From contig JAYWIR010000006.1 in NCBI GenBank assembly GCA_036172245.1, positions 3,224,001 to 3,288,000 on the forward strand: 64,000 nucleotides of DNA, written 5' to 3'. The translations under genes were made by a program, and so were the position numbers. The number at the start of each line of letters is the position of its first letter. Position 1 is the first letter of the stretch. Below the pieces are notes generated by a model. It did no database searches and was not told the origin of the DNA. It saw only the letters and a list, made by a program, of their open reading frames with translations. Positions 1-12,715 of this stretch are shown here, in pieces. This DNA comes from Raillietiella orientalis. Taxonomy: Eukaryota.

Positions 1-3000
1 ACAAGCTCCGGCCAGAAATCCCACCTTCGATCTTGCAGGAGAGCGCAAGCGCCGCGAGGCAGCGAAAGAAGTGACGGCGGAGGTGGACTCCGCCTCCGCC
101 CGGTCGTGTCGCTTCCAGAGAATTCGCCTCGCGTTCGCTCCGCGGCTGAACGTCGTTTCTCGCTGCCCCTGGCCTTCCTGTTGTTTCCCCGCGCTCCTGT
201 TTGTCAGCGGTTCGAACCTCTTTCCGTGTCCTTCGAACGACCGTCTTTTCCGGCGAATGGGGACTCTCACGTCAGGTCAATACGTTTTCATAGGGCCGCC
301 GCTGATTTCACCGAGTTGTCTTCGTGAAGGTCTCACGCGCACCTTCCCCCCCCCCCCCCACATACGTACAGACAAGCACTCTCCCCGCAGAGACTTGAAT
401 TTCCTGGCCACCTCTCGCGATTGTCCTCCGCGCGCGTGCAGCTTGGGAACGGCGACTGCGGGTGGGGATTGCCACCGTTTGCACCCGCAGCTGCCGAATG
501 CTTCGCTCGATTTCCGAGCATGCGGTCAGCTGGGAGTCCCTCAGGTGGTTCAGGTGTGGTGGCCGAAGAGCAAAACCACTCAACGGGGGACCTACAGCGT
601 CTCGGCAGCCGGCGTAGGGAGGTCGGTTTTGCTCCAGCCTTCAGCAAACAAGCGGACAAACAAGAAAGCAAAAAAGAATGCAAGCCGGCCGAAGCGACCG
701 CCTTCCTGCTCTTTCTGCTCGTCGCCCGCGCTTCCTTGAGGCTCCGACGTCACCGGCGCTTCCCTTTCTTTTACGCGGTGCGGATGGCTTGGGACCTCCC
801 GCCGAACGCCCTCGTGGCGAAGCCGTGTAGGACCACCGTCGCTCCGTGTGTGCGGCGTTTTTCGAGATGCGGCGCCTTCCGGAAACCTCGGGAGATGGCG
901 CCGCGCAAAGCGCCGGGCCGCCTTGAGGGGTCAGGGAAGCGGCGACTTTCCCGTTCCCCTTCTTTCCTCTCCGCGCCGGACGCCAACTCCCAAGGGGCTT
1001 CCTGCCTCTACTTGCGGTCCCCCCGCCTTTCCCCCGTTCCCGCGGGCGCTGCGCCAGGCGGCGCAGGACATGTCAGCGGGGCAGGTCCGCCTCGGTGCTG
1101 CGCGAGCGGTCGCCGGCGAACCGTCCTCTCTCTTCACCTCGGTGCCCTCTGTGGATGCGTCCTTCCTGCGAAGGGAGTTCCGAGGATGTGACCGTGGCTG
1201 CTGCAGGCCGCTGTCCAGGGAGTTCATCCTCCTTTCGTAGTGCTGCCGCTGCAGGAGTACGAGCCGCGCGTTCCCAAGTTGCCCGCTGCCCGCTCGCCGG
1301 ACAGCAGTGTTTCTTCTTGCGAGGGCAGGTGAAAGATGCGGAGCCGGTCCATCCGGCTTGGGATGCGGATCTTCCGCAGCATCGATTCTGCGCACGCCCG
1401 AACGCAGTTCGCAAGTGGGAGGATGGAATGGAAGAAAAGAAAAAAAAAAAAAAAAAAAAAAAAAACGGAAGAAGAAAGGAACCGGTGTCCCGATTGGGCG
1501 ATGCGCCGCGCGCTCTGCACGCCCTCCGGGCATCGGTGGTTCCGCTGAGTCTTCGCGCACCCGCGAGCGGCGCGCGAAGGAAAGACTTCGTGGCAACCGC
1601 AGGGGACGAGTCGGCCCCTCGCGCGCGCGACGCCCGAGATGCACTCGCTACTGCCGCGCGACTACATCCCAGGTGACCGAGGAGGTCTGTGCCCTGCGCG
1701 GACAGCGACCTCTTCGCTCCCGCGACTCCGGGAAGGACGACTCGCGCGTGGGAGGGAGTTCCGCGGGGAAGCTGTGGAGGTGCTGCGGAAGAAGTCAGCT
1801 GCGCGTTGCGCTCGCCTGGTGTGCTTCGCCCTCCCGGCTTCCGGCGTGGCTTGCCCCCGAGGGACCGAAGTTTCTCCGCGCTAATCTGGAAAATCTTGGA
1901 CAGAATCTTTTATCTGCAGCTTTGCCCCCGGTGGCCCGAGGGTTTCCCGTCGGACCAGTCGCGAACGCCCACCCACCCGCCGGATTGCTGCGGGTCGTGC
2001 ATCCATCCACCGCGTGGGTGGTGGTGGTGGTGGGTGGGTGGACGCAGGCGAGGTTCTCGGCCCTCCACCTCCCTGCCTCTCGCCCCGCGGCGCGGCCCGC
2101 ATCTCTTTTTCTCCCCTTCCGTCGCCGCTTGCTTCGCGCCTTCCCGTTGACGCGCGTCGTGCCCCCCCTCAGAGGCGCCGGAGGAAGGAACAACAGCGAC
2201 TTCCTATCTGTCGCCGAGCCTCTGTCCCGCCGGCGGGTTCCGTTCGATCCCCGCGGCAAATCGTGCCACTCCTGGGAACCTGCGAGGAGGCGCGCCGCGA
2301 GGGGCCATCTCACGGGCTCTCTTGACCTGACGCGTTCAGCCGCTTCCCTCAATGCCGCGTGCCCTTGGCTTCCCTGCTGACTTCTTCCCCCCGCCTCCAA
2401 GCGTCGGGATGCGACCTACGCGATCGTACCCGCGTCCCCACCCTTCTCGGCGGAAGGTGAAACGCTCTCCCGCGCGGCGCTTTCGCTGCCGACATCCCTC
2501 TGCTTCCTCATGCGGGAATCCATGGCAACCACCAGTCGGGCGGCGGACAAACATCTCGGTGTTTGTCAGTCCCTTTTGGCCCCGTCCTGCTTGACGGCCG
2601 CTTTCGCTGTTCGTCCCTCTGCCCGTTGGGCAGGCGTCGAATCCTCCCTTCTTGCACAAGAGAAATAAAGGAAGAGGAGGAAAGAGCAGGGAGAGAGAGA
2701 GAGGGGGGGGGGGGAATGCGGGATGAAAGAGATCGCACCTCCACCGTCTCCTCGGCACCCTTTGGCTGCTGCTGTTGCAGCTCCATGAGCGAGGAAGTTC
2801 GCCCGATGGTTTGTGGGTCCCTTTGCATATCCTCCCTCTTAGAAACTGACGCCGGCGCGACCCAGGACGATGCGACGGCGAGGGGGAGGTGGCCCCCGTC
2901 GTCGTCGGCGCTCTTCGACCTCGTGCGAGAGAATCCGTGCCGCCCCTATCCTGAAGGTGCTCCAGTGGCTGTGGCGGGGGCCGGCGACTACGGACGGTCT

Positions 3001-4346
3001 CGGCCGGAACTTCGATGCGCTACCCCCCGGTGTCCAGCACCGGGTGACCGACCGCCGAGGCCGGATGTGCCGATTGGGCGATGCGCTGCCCTTCGCCCGG
3101 CAAGGTGGCGCTCCGCTGCCGGCGTCCACAGGTCCTTCTCTTCCTTCACCGCAGGTCCTTTCTGACCTGGCGGGGAGTTCGCTGCAGCAGCATGGTCGCT
3201 CCAGAAACCCCTCCAAGATGGGTGGGAACACTTCCTCAATCCAGGATGGAGTCCGTTCCCGTTACGCTTGGGAGGCTAACCCCGAAGGTCCCGGTCATTC
3301 CTTCCGGTGGCAAAGAGGCGGATGTTTCCCGACGGTCGTCCTCTCGCTCTTGCCCTCCTTCCTCATCTTCGCCAGGCGACCCTCCACGTCCCGGAGCGCC
3401 CTTCCCGAAACGGGTCCGCGCTCCGTCGCTCCCGGAAAACACGCCGCTGTTAAATTCGGGGTATCCTTTGTTTTCTGACCGCACCGGACATCCGGAGATT
3501 CTTGCAGGAGGATGCTCGATGTTCTCTGGTCGTTTTCCTCGGAGCAGCCCTCATCCTGCGAGTGCTCTTCCCGGTTTCCGCACGGGAACTTACTATCGTC
3601 TCACGCCATCTGTCGCAGATTTTTAGAAAAAAAAAAAAAATCAGAGAGAGAGAGAGAGAGTGGCTTTTTCCCCCTTCTTTTCGTTTGCAGCCTCTTTTCC
3701 TGGGAGTGTTTTTTCCGTGTTGCTGCGAACTGTGCGCTTCCTCCTTCCGAGAAGAAACCGAGCGCACGTTACGTGCATGCGGAGGCAACGTTTCGTGTTG
3801 CTTCTGGACCACCCACGGGGCACCCGTGGCGGCGGCGGCGGCGGGCACGTCGTTTCCTGCTGTTTGCGTTTTGCCGGGCGAAATTCCGTGTGTCCTGGTT
3901 CGCCCGTCGGGGAACTCCTTCCCCCCGGACTCCTCCGTTCCTTCCGAACGTGCGGGTTTTCCTCTTCTCCGAACGCCGTCGGCGGGGAGGGGATGAAACC
4001 GGAGACAGTCAGTCCCCTCTCTCGGCGGCGTTCGCAATTTAAGCGACGCGGGCGACTTGCGGCCTCTCTCCCGCTAATTGTTCCGGGCGATTGGCGGCGG
4101 TTCCTCCCCGCACGCTCGCAGCATCCCGGGCGCCGTGCTGCAGGGAATCACACCCGTGCCTTAATTCGCTCGTTAGGCATCCGTTTGTTTTCGCGCGTTT
4201 CGCACCGATCCCCGGGTGACTGGGTAAACACTCTCCTACGTGATCCCGACACGCAGCGTTCGGGCTCTTTTCGGGAGCGCGGAGCGGCCACTTCTTTTCC
4301 TTCCTCGCCGTTCCCGCCAAACTTATGCGCCGTGCTTTCTAATCAG

Positions 4347-4488
4347 TTATGGTAATCAGTGCGGTCATGGTTTTGTTCTTTCAAGCTCGGTTGGACCACT
4401 TTCCAAGTTCCCGTTATCTGCTTCGATCCCTATCGAAGCAATCAGAAGTGTTGGAGCAGATGACAGTGATGCGAATCTTTATCCCCAG
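4347..4488 (+). other. Candidate upstream FoxP coding exon (YGNQCGHGFVLSSSVGPLSKFPLSASIPIEAIRSVGADDSDANLYPQ)
   Basis: tttctaatcag| acceptor, CCAG|gttgtg donor, open frame ending in phase 0 (fits RDVVMDPD at 29260), lower-GC composition like verified exons. It needs an unidentified phase-2 exon upstream. Confidence 0.4.
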
Positions 4489-4520
4489 GTTGTGAGCAAC
4501 ACTTCAAAGTGCTCCGAACC

Positions 4521-4566
<46 letters not shown>

Positions 4567-6119
4567 CAGCTCGTGCGTTATGTTTTTTTTTTTTTTTTTT
4601 TTTTTAATTTTATTTTCTCATTTTTTTTTCCTTTCGAGACCGGAAAATAAAATAAAATGGCGGGGCACTTTGCGCGCGGCATTCAGCGTGCGTGGATCCG
4701 GTGGTACATCGCGAGCCGGTGACGTCAGACGTACCATCTTCCCTCCCTCTTCCTCCTCCCCCCTCTCTTCCCTTCGTCTTTCCTTCAAATTTTCTAGCGC
4801 GCTCCACCTTTACCACTTGTCACGAATCGTTTCGCATTTGCTCGTCGCGAGCTTCCACGTGTTTCGGGCTTCTTCTTCGTCTTGCTTCCCTTCATGGTAC
4901 AGGGACCGTTTGATCCGTGTCATGCATCAAATCGAAAGTTTGGAGTTTTTTTTCTTTCTGTCTTTCTTGCTCTCCTTCTTCCTTTCCCCAAGATGTAAGG
5001 AAAATATGTGCAGGTGTTCGCGAAAATTCGATGCATACGCAATGAATTGTGAGGTTTTAATTTTTTCTGCCTCATGGCGCGAGGGAAGAATCTCTCCGAG
5101 CTGCGTACCAACAGAGGTGTTTAGCCGGCTCGGTGGTGGATGATGCGATGCTGGGGCTGCAGGGACGAGGGAGGAAGCACTCTTTGCTCTTGCCGAGCGT
5201 CTCCTGCGGTCGGGTCGCCGCGGCAGTCCCCCCGCTTTCGCGTCGGGGCAACCCTCCGCACCCCACCCACCCACCTCTTCCACCCCTTTCCTTCCCGGCG
5301 GCACCACGGATGCGCCACGGGACTCCTCTCCGGTCGTCCCGAACGGAGCCGGTGCGGAAGAGGCCGAGGTTTTTTTTGTTCGGCCCGCGACCGGACGCAG
5401 CATCCGCGCGTCCCGCCGCCCCGTGAGAAAAATCCGGAAGGCAGCAGCGTTCCTCCGTGTTCGGAAGGGAAGGAGCTCGGGCCTGCTCTCCTCCTGACCG
5501 TTGGAGTGGGGGTTGCCGATCTGGGGAACACCGCCGCGTTTTCATCCTCGATCGCTTTGCTCTGATGGCTGCCCCTCGCATCGAAAATGAGGTTCCCTCC
5601 TGACGGGCGAAGCTCTGGCGCTTGTCGGGTCCAGAATGCAGTCGCCGCGCCAAGTTCCTGTGTAACTGATGGACGCCGCCGCGCTCGCGGGAGCGGAATG
5701 CTGGAAAAGGAAGAAAAACGACGGACGGGGGCAGAGTTTCCTGAATTCTAAAAAAGAGCCTCGTCTTCTGGACCGCGCGGAGGATCGCGAGCTCGGTGAA
5801 GAGGAAAACAACACGCCCGTGCGAGAAGAGAGCAGCAACAATGGTGCCATCTATCCGACTCACCACCGAAGCTTTCGGATTAGCCATCCTGACGGATGGT
5901 GTCGTCGCCGCTGCTCGCGCTCCCCCCATTCGTGGAAGCGTCCGCGAATTATGAGTAAAAAGTCTCTCCCTGATCTCTCCCTGGTGAATTTACCACCGGG
6001 TTCTCCTCGCGTAGCAACGAGCAGGACCTTTTAATATTAATTCACGCGCAGTATTGCGAGTATTCCTTTGTTATTGTTCGTTTGTGTTCTCTCTCATCTG
6101 CAATGTGACGCACATCCGA

Positions 6120-6264
6120 TCAGTTCACTAGCGGAGCCATCCACATCTGAACGCTCCGCTCTTTCCAAGTGATCGTTATCGATTTACATAAAGAAATGGA
6201 AATGGACCGATGGCTGCTGCTCCAGCGGATGGCTCAGCTCGCCGTCAGTCAGTCAGTCAGTTGG
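6120..6264 (+). promoter_or_regulatory. Candidate alternative first exon: Inr TCAGTT (6120-6125), ATG 6196, MEMDRWLLLQRMAQLA(VSQSVSW), phase-0 donors at 6244 and 6265
   Basis: Arthropod-type initiator within an AT-rich block; both GCC|gtcagt and TGG|gtgaga are in frame with exon 29260. Confidence 0.4.
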
Positions 6265-9090
6265 GTGAGACGGACGCTGGTTCTCCGGGAGGGGGGATGA
6301 GGGATGAAACGAGATGAAATGAAAGCGAGGTGGACGGAGCGCGAGGAGAAGGTCCCGGATGCGTCCCGGATGTTCCTGCGCGGGAGCGGCCTGCAATTTC
6401 GAAATGCTCCGAGGCGGACTCGAGGCGGGCGGAAGCGCGCGCGCCCGCCATTCGCTGTTAATGGATGATGACGGCGGTGTTTGCAGCTACGCTTTGGCGG
6501 AACCGTCCGAAGGAGGGAAGCGGGGTTGCGAGGGTGGGGTGGGCGACGCACCCTCGCGGCGGTGGCGGAGGCGCCCCTCGGGTTGGCCCATTCGCCGCGG
6601 ACGGCGTCTCCATTGCCAACGAAGACGAACGCGCTGCCGTTGCGGTGGTGTCGGCGGCCTCCTGCAGGCGGAGACACCTTCTTTCGCCTCCCTTCCGTTC
6701 CTCCCCCGCCCCTTGCGAAAGCGTGCCGCGTCGGGCGCTTCGAGGTTCGCCGTGCGGGTTGCGCCCTCCGCGCTGCCGTCCGGAAGGCGCGCGGCAGCTC
6801 CGCGGCCACCACCCTTCCCGTTCTCCCATCGGTGGCGCCGCCGCCTCTCTTTCGCTCTTTCCCGCCGAGCGAGGCGTCTCCGTGACCCAGGGCGGTGTCA
6901 CCGTGGTCGGGTCTCTTCGGGCCTAGAGAGGGTATACGGAAGGAGGAGGAAGAAGAAGAAGGAACGAGGAAGAGGAAGAGGGAGGATGACGGACGGGAGG
7001 AGGGAGGAAAATAAAATAAAATGAAATGAAAACTATGGATGCGGCCGAAACTTTTTCCGGGACTTTCGCGCCATTTGCCGATTCGGACCGGAATGCGATC
7101 CATAAATATCGTCCGCTGGCTGCGTCAAGTCGGAATAAAAGCGATCCGAATGGTGATTTCCGGCTGGAGCGAACGGGGAGGGAGGGAGGGCACCGGGCAG
7201 ATCCCCTCCTCCTCTTCTGCAAATCCGTTTTAAAAGTCGTATTTTTCAAATTTCGATGGCCTCGGCCGCTCCTTCGCTCGGCCCACGGCGCGCAGCTTAA
7301 GCAGTCGTTCCGTATGACGTGGACGAGTGACATCGGTCATAAACTTTTCACTGTTCGATCGGATGTACCTTTTTCAGCCGTTGCTCTTCGCAAAGGAGGA
7401 AGGAAAGGAAGGAAAAAAAAGAAAAAGAAAAGAGTGCAAGGAGAACAAGAAGGAAAAAGAGAAAGAGGGGATCGGACATCTTTCCAGAAGATTCCGATCC
7501 ACGTACGTAGCTTTATCAGCATCTCGTTCGATTCCTTTCCGCACCATAAACGGGCAGAGAAACTGCCGATCGTTCACCGTCCTGATGGCCTCCCAGTTTG
7601 CATCGCGTCCGAGCCCTCCGCGCCCCTAATGCACTTTTAAAATGACCTTTAACTCGAGGCATCGCTTGGGTAATGCGTTTTAGATTCGCCAGGGCGTTCC
7701 AATCATCATCCTCCGCCTCTCTCTCTCTCTCTCTCTCTTTTTCCTTCTCCCGCTCCCGTCCCTCTCTTCTTCCCGGACGGCCGCTGCATGCGCGACTGCT
7801 TCGCTCCCGAAACGGCTCGGGGTGCCGCCGGGAGGAAGCGACCGCTCTCTCGTGGCACCTCCCCTCCGTCCTCTCCGACGCGATCGGGACCCTCGCTCGG
7901 AGGACAGGGGAAGGGCCCTCGCGCCCACCAGGCACCTCTCCTTTTGAAGAGCTCTTCCTTCTTTTCCTCTCTTCCTTCCTTCCTTCTTACCGACCTTTCG
8001 CCAGCAGAGACCCCCGAGGAACGTCCTCCCTCCCGGCGGCGCGGGGAGGGCGGCCGCTCTCCGGCGCGCCGCCTGGGTCCCCCTGTTCAAAGGTGGGCGC
8101 CCGGCAGGCGCGAGTCGATTAACCCGGAAGACCGCGCGACTCCCAGCTCGGAGGTTCGAAAGGGAAAGCACGGACCCTCGCTCGCCCGCCCGCCCGCCCG
8201 TCCCCGTACTCGAGGCGGAAAGGAGGAAGAGGAGAGAATGAATTTGTTCCTTCAGTCGCCGCGGCAAGCTCTGGCACCCCTGCGCCCCTCCTCCGCGAAG
8301 TCGCCGCGCGGCGCGACCTCTTTCGCGCCTGAGCGGGGGAGGGCGCTGAGGCCGAACCCGGGCCGGGGAGCTGGAGGCTGTCTTGGATCCCGGACGGGCG
8401 CTCCGGCGTCCCCTCCGCAACGAGGAGCGCGTAAGGACTCTTCCCGTTTCGTCTCGTCCCCGCGGGCGGCGCCTCTGCGGCGTGCGCCCTTCCCTTCCCC
8501 TCTCCCCTTCCCTCCTGCGCAGCATTCACGACCCCCCTCGGGTCCTCTCGATCGCACATGTTTCCGGGAGCGCCCACCGCGGCCGTGAGTGCGGGACGCG
8601 CTCGTCCTGCGGTCTCGCGAGGCCGCTGCGCCGCCGGGCGCGCATCGCCTCTTCCGCTTCCTTCGATGAGCCTCCTCCGTGCGCTCGACGGTTCTCTGAC
8701 GCTGTCATCCGGTTGTTTGTCATCTTCTGGCCGTTGCCAGGTGATTAATGGGTCGCTCGATCCAGACCAGAAATTGTTTCCCCGTTGCGAAACGCGAACG
8801 ACGAAGGACCAAGGGAACGGCGAAAGGGAAGCGGGAAGGAGGAGGAATCAGACCCGGGTTTCACCCAGGAGGAGGGGAAGAGGCGAAGCATGCGGCACGC
8901 TGGCTCCCCCTCCCCTTCCTTCCTCGTCTTCACCGGGCGGGCGCTGGCAGGAGAGGAGGAGGCGGCGCCCTTGGCAGCCGTCGCTGCCGCGCGCGGGTGT
9001 CTGCTTCTCGCATCGGAAAGGGGTGGGTGGGGCGGGAGAGAGAGGGAGCCGATCCTCGTTTCGAGTGCCTAACCCCTGTATCCTTTTCAG

Positions 9091-9258
9091 ATGCTCCAAC
9101 TTGACCCCGGCCCCATGACCTCAGCGTGAACCAGGCGTCACACGTTTGCATCCCGGTGAAGAGTTAGTCATTGAAGAAATTCATTGGAAAATTCTCGGTG
9201 CTCAGTACCTGAAAAGCTCAGCCTTCCTCCCTCGCCTTTGTTTCTTCCCGATTCGTAG
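9091..9258 (+). other. Candidate non-coding 5' UTR exon with a short uORF
   Basis: Branch-like cctaac (9068-9073), ccttttcag| acceptor, consensus AG|gtaagt donor; stops in all three frames. Confidence 0.5.
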
Positions 9259-10156
9259 GTAAGTTGGGGCCGCAACGCGCACCCCACCTCATCCCCCATC
9301 CCTGAGACCCCGCGCTCACCCTTCGCGTTCTATCCCCGTAGCAGCAGCACGTGCGCGTGGCTTGGGTTTCCGTGCGGGAGAGACGCGGCGCAAAAGGACA
9401 GGACTTCCGCCTCCGGGTCCACTGTATGGGGCGAGGGGGGAGCTTCCTTTAAAAAACAAATAAGTAAATGGGGAAAAGGTGGATAAAAGAAGAGCAGAAG
9501 CGCCAGTGGCCTTTTCTTCTAAGTGGTCAGCGCCGACGGACATTCCGATCGGATGCGGCGGCTACATCACCACCACCGTGGGCAGGTCAATCCCCTCCCC
9601 TAATTCCCCTCTCCTCCATCCGCTCAACCGCCGGAAGACGGGAGGGAGGGTGAGGGACAGCACGCGCGTTCTCAAATTGCCCCCGCGAACGGGTTCGCAG
9701 CAGGGAAGCCCCGTCGGCGCGGTGGTGCGCGCGCGCGCCCTGCCTCCGGACACGGGAAGAGGGGCGAAAGCGAAGGGCGACGCATCTTCCGGGGAGTGAT
9801 TCCTCCTCATCCCTGATTTCTTCTCGATTCCTTGCGCGGCGCGGAGTGCGGCGGAAGAGCCAGGTGAACCTGGAATCATCTCCGCGGCGGCGGCGGCGAA
9901 AGTTCCCGAGACCTGCGTTCCCGGAAGATTTACTGCGGGAGATTACGGGATCCGCGGATGCCTCCATTCTCATCACGACAAAAGGCGCGCTGGAGCCAAC
10001 TCTTCCGATCTGGAGATTTACGGCCGCGAGCTCGCACGTGACCCGCCCGTCGCAGTGGCCGCGCCGGGATGGGACGGTTTGCGAGGGCGGGTCGCGCGCG
10101 CGAGGCCCCTTCCGGCGCACTCCCTTGGCGCACGCGCGCGGGGGAGTCCATGCTGG

Positions 10157-10472
10157 TCCCTCTTCCTGTTCCCATCCTCTTGCTCCCTCTACCCTCTTCC
10201 TGGCTCCTCTTCTCCTTTTCCTTTCTTTTAGTTCCTCTTCTCCTCCTGTTCCCTTTTCCTTCATCCTCTCTTCCTTTGCTCCCTTCCTCCTCCCCTTCTT
10301 CTCCTTCTCCCTCCCTCCCTCCCGCATTCTCCCTTCATCTTCGTTCTCTTCTCTTCCTCCCTCCTCCCTTCTTCCTCTTCTTTTCCTCCTCCTCGCTTTC
10401 TCCCTCCTCCTTGTTTTTTTCTCCTCCTCTCTTCCTCTCCCCTCCCTCCCTCCTTCCTCTTCCTCTCTCTTT
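10157..10472 (+). repeat. ~310 bp near-pure polypyrimidine (C/T) low-complexity tract
   Basis: Directly visible; a similar shorter tract lies at ~44850-44997. Confidence 0.9.
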
Positions 10473-12432
10473 CCGCCGCGGCTTCCCGGCGGACGCGAAG
10501 CACCGGCGGTACGTCTTCTCCCCCCGAAGGAACGACCGCCGACCGCCGAAGCCTCCCGGATCTCTTTGTCTCTGGCATCCCAGTCGTTGACACAATTTTT
10601 CCTGATTCCTGTCAATTGTCCCGGCGTTCCCCCGGATTTATGGCTCCTTTATTGCTGATACAATTGCGCCGGCTCCCGGTTTATCCTTTGTCAGCAAGCG
10701 GCGCAGCTCCTGCTCGTCTGTTTCTTATTGTTCGCTAATTCCTCCTATTTACTTGTTTATTGATCCGTGGACGTTATCAGAGGAATAAGTGGCCTGTTAT
10801 GGTTTATGTCCTCCTCCCTATCTGCTGTGTCCTTCCTCCTCCTTCCTGCCCGCCGCGGACTTGTCCTCATCCGCGTGCCGCCCCGTTCCCTGTGTGCTGG
10901 GGGTAGCGAGGGAGGCGCTCCGGCGTGGCAGCAGGGCGCCGTCGTCCACGATCCCGCGCCGTAGCGATGGCGGCGGCCCGGGATCGTGGATCTCTCCCCC
11001 TCCGTGCGTGCGTGCATGCGCGCGCGCGTGCTTCCCCTTTCTCGCAGGAGCGTTCCATTCGAAACGCGAGGGTCCGCTGCGCGCTCCCACTGGTGCACGC
11101 ACCCTGCGTGCCACTCGGATGACGAGAAAAAAAAAGAAAAAGAGGAAGAAAATCCTCAGGGATCGGAAATCCAGATGAGGACCGTCTTCCCGAGCGGGCG
11201 TTCCCGTGCGAGCGGGTCCGGCAGCGGGACGGTCATCCAGGGCGCTCCCCGGCGACCCCGCGGCCGCCTCTCGGATGTCTTCCCGGCTCTGTCCGGCCGG
11301 CCCCTTCCGGAGGCGCGCGCACCTGCGGCCCCCTCGCCCGCCGCTCCTCCTTCCCGGGGGAATCGAATTTTCGTCCTCTTCCCAGCGCGCGCTCCCCTCG
11401 CGAGAGCACGACAAAGGGCTGTCCGCCGCTCGGCCGGGCCGCTCCGCTCGGCGGCGTCCCCTTCGGCCTACCTGTCTCTTCCCATTCCCTCCTCGGATTC
11501 ATAACAATAGTCGTAGGCCGGGAGCGCGAGGGGAGTCCAGGAGAATGGGCTGCTCATTGTACGGCGGGCAGCTCCCCCGCGCGGGCGTAAACAGCGTCCG
11601 CGCGGTTCCCGGCAAGCCTTTCCTTCCCTTTGTCTTCGCCGCCCGCCCGTCCGCCGACGCGCAGGCGCACCGCGCCATCTTTTATTTTCCTGTTTTGAGA
11701 TGCGAATGGGTTTCACTCCCCCCTCTCTTTCCTTCCTTCCTTCCTTCCTTCCTTCCTTCCGTCTCCTTTTTTCCCCTTTTTTTTTTTGGCCGCCGCGCGC
11801 GGGCAGCTTCCCGCGTAGCGACTGGCGGGCAGCTGCGCGGCGACAGATCGCCTCCGGCCGCCCCTCACGTCCGGCACCCGGCTCGGCCCGATCGGCGGCC
11901 CCGCAGCCCGGGACCGCCGCCCCGACGTCTTCTTTCCCCGGCTCGGCCGCCCGGCGTCCATCGTCGCAGCGTAACCCCTGCCAGATGGAGCGTCCCGGGA
12001 CGTCTTTATTAAAGGGCGCTCCCCGTTCCTCCTCGGCTCCCCCCGTTGCTTTCGAGGCGCCTTCGCGCTCTTGGCATCCCCCAAGACGTTCCGCCTCCCT
12101 TAGGGGACCAGATCCCTCTCGCTTCGAGGCGCTTCGGGAAAGAAGGGGAGGGAGACGCGGCCGCGTGGGCGACCTCGCTGCGACCACTCGCTCGCCGCGG
12201 TCGCCGAGGTCGGCGGCCTGTTCTAGGCGAGGCGCCACCTTCCCTCGCCTAGAACAGGGCGGCCGTTTGCGCGGACGGCGCTCCACCTGGCTTTCCCTCA
12301 GCAGCCACGGAGCCACCTCGCGCGCACCCGGCCGTCGTCAACGGCAGCCCGCGGTTTCCTCGAAAAGACGCCGTCACCGTTCACCTTTGACGAGAGGTCA
12401 ACGCTAGCAAACGCGTCGCTCCCCGGCCTTGC

Positions 12433-12715
12433 TCTCCGTCTGTCCGTGTCAGTGTGTGAGCATGACCATGTGTGTCGATCCGTTTCCATGGGCGTGTGTT
12501 CGTGCCCATGTCGTTCTGCATCTTCTATGTGTGTTTGTATCCGTCCCTGTCCAAACACGTCCGTATCCGTATGTGTGTCCATGTTCGTCCATGTGTGTAC
12601 GTCCATGTACGTGGCCATGTGTGTTTGTGTTCGTCCGTGGTGTTTGTGTCCACATGTGTGTTTTGTGTTCGTCCGTTTTCGTCCGTGCTCGTTTTCACCT
12701 GTGTCTGTGTGTCCG
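12433..12715. repeat. Degenerate (GTGT/GTCC/CATG) microsatellite-like tract
   Basis: Recurring tgtgtcc, gtccatg and gttcgtcc units; same flavour as the CA-rich tracts around the U6 copy. Confidence 0.75.

Noticed and set aside
9587..10658. Long charged (minus) and Ser/Leu/Pro/Phe (plus) ORFs
   Set aside because: Artefacts of the polypyrimidine tract
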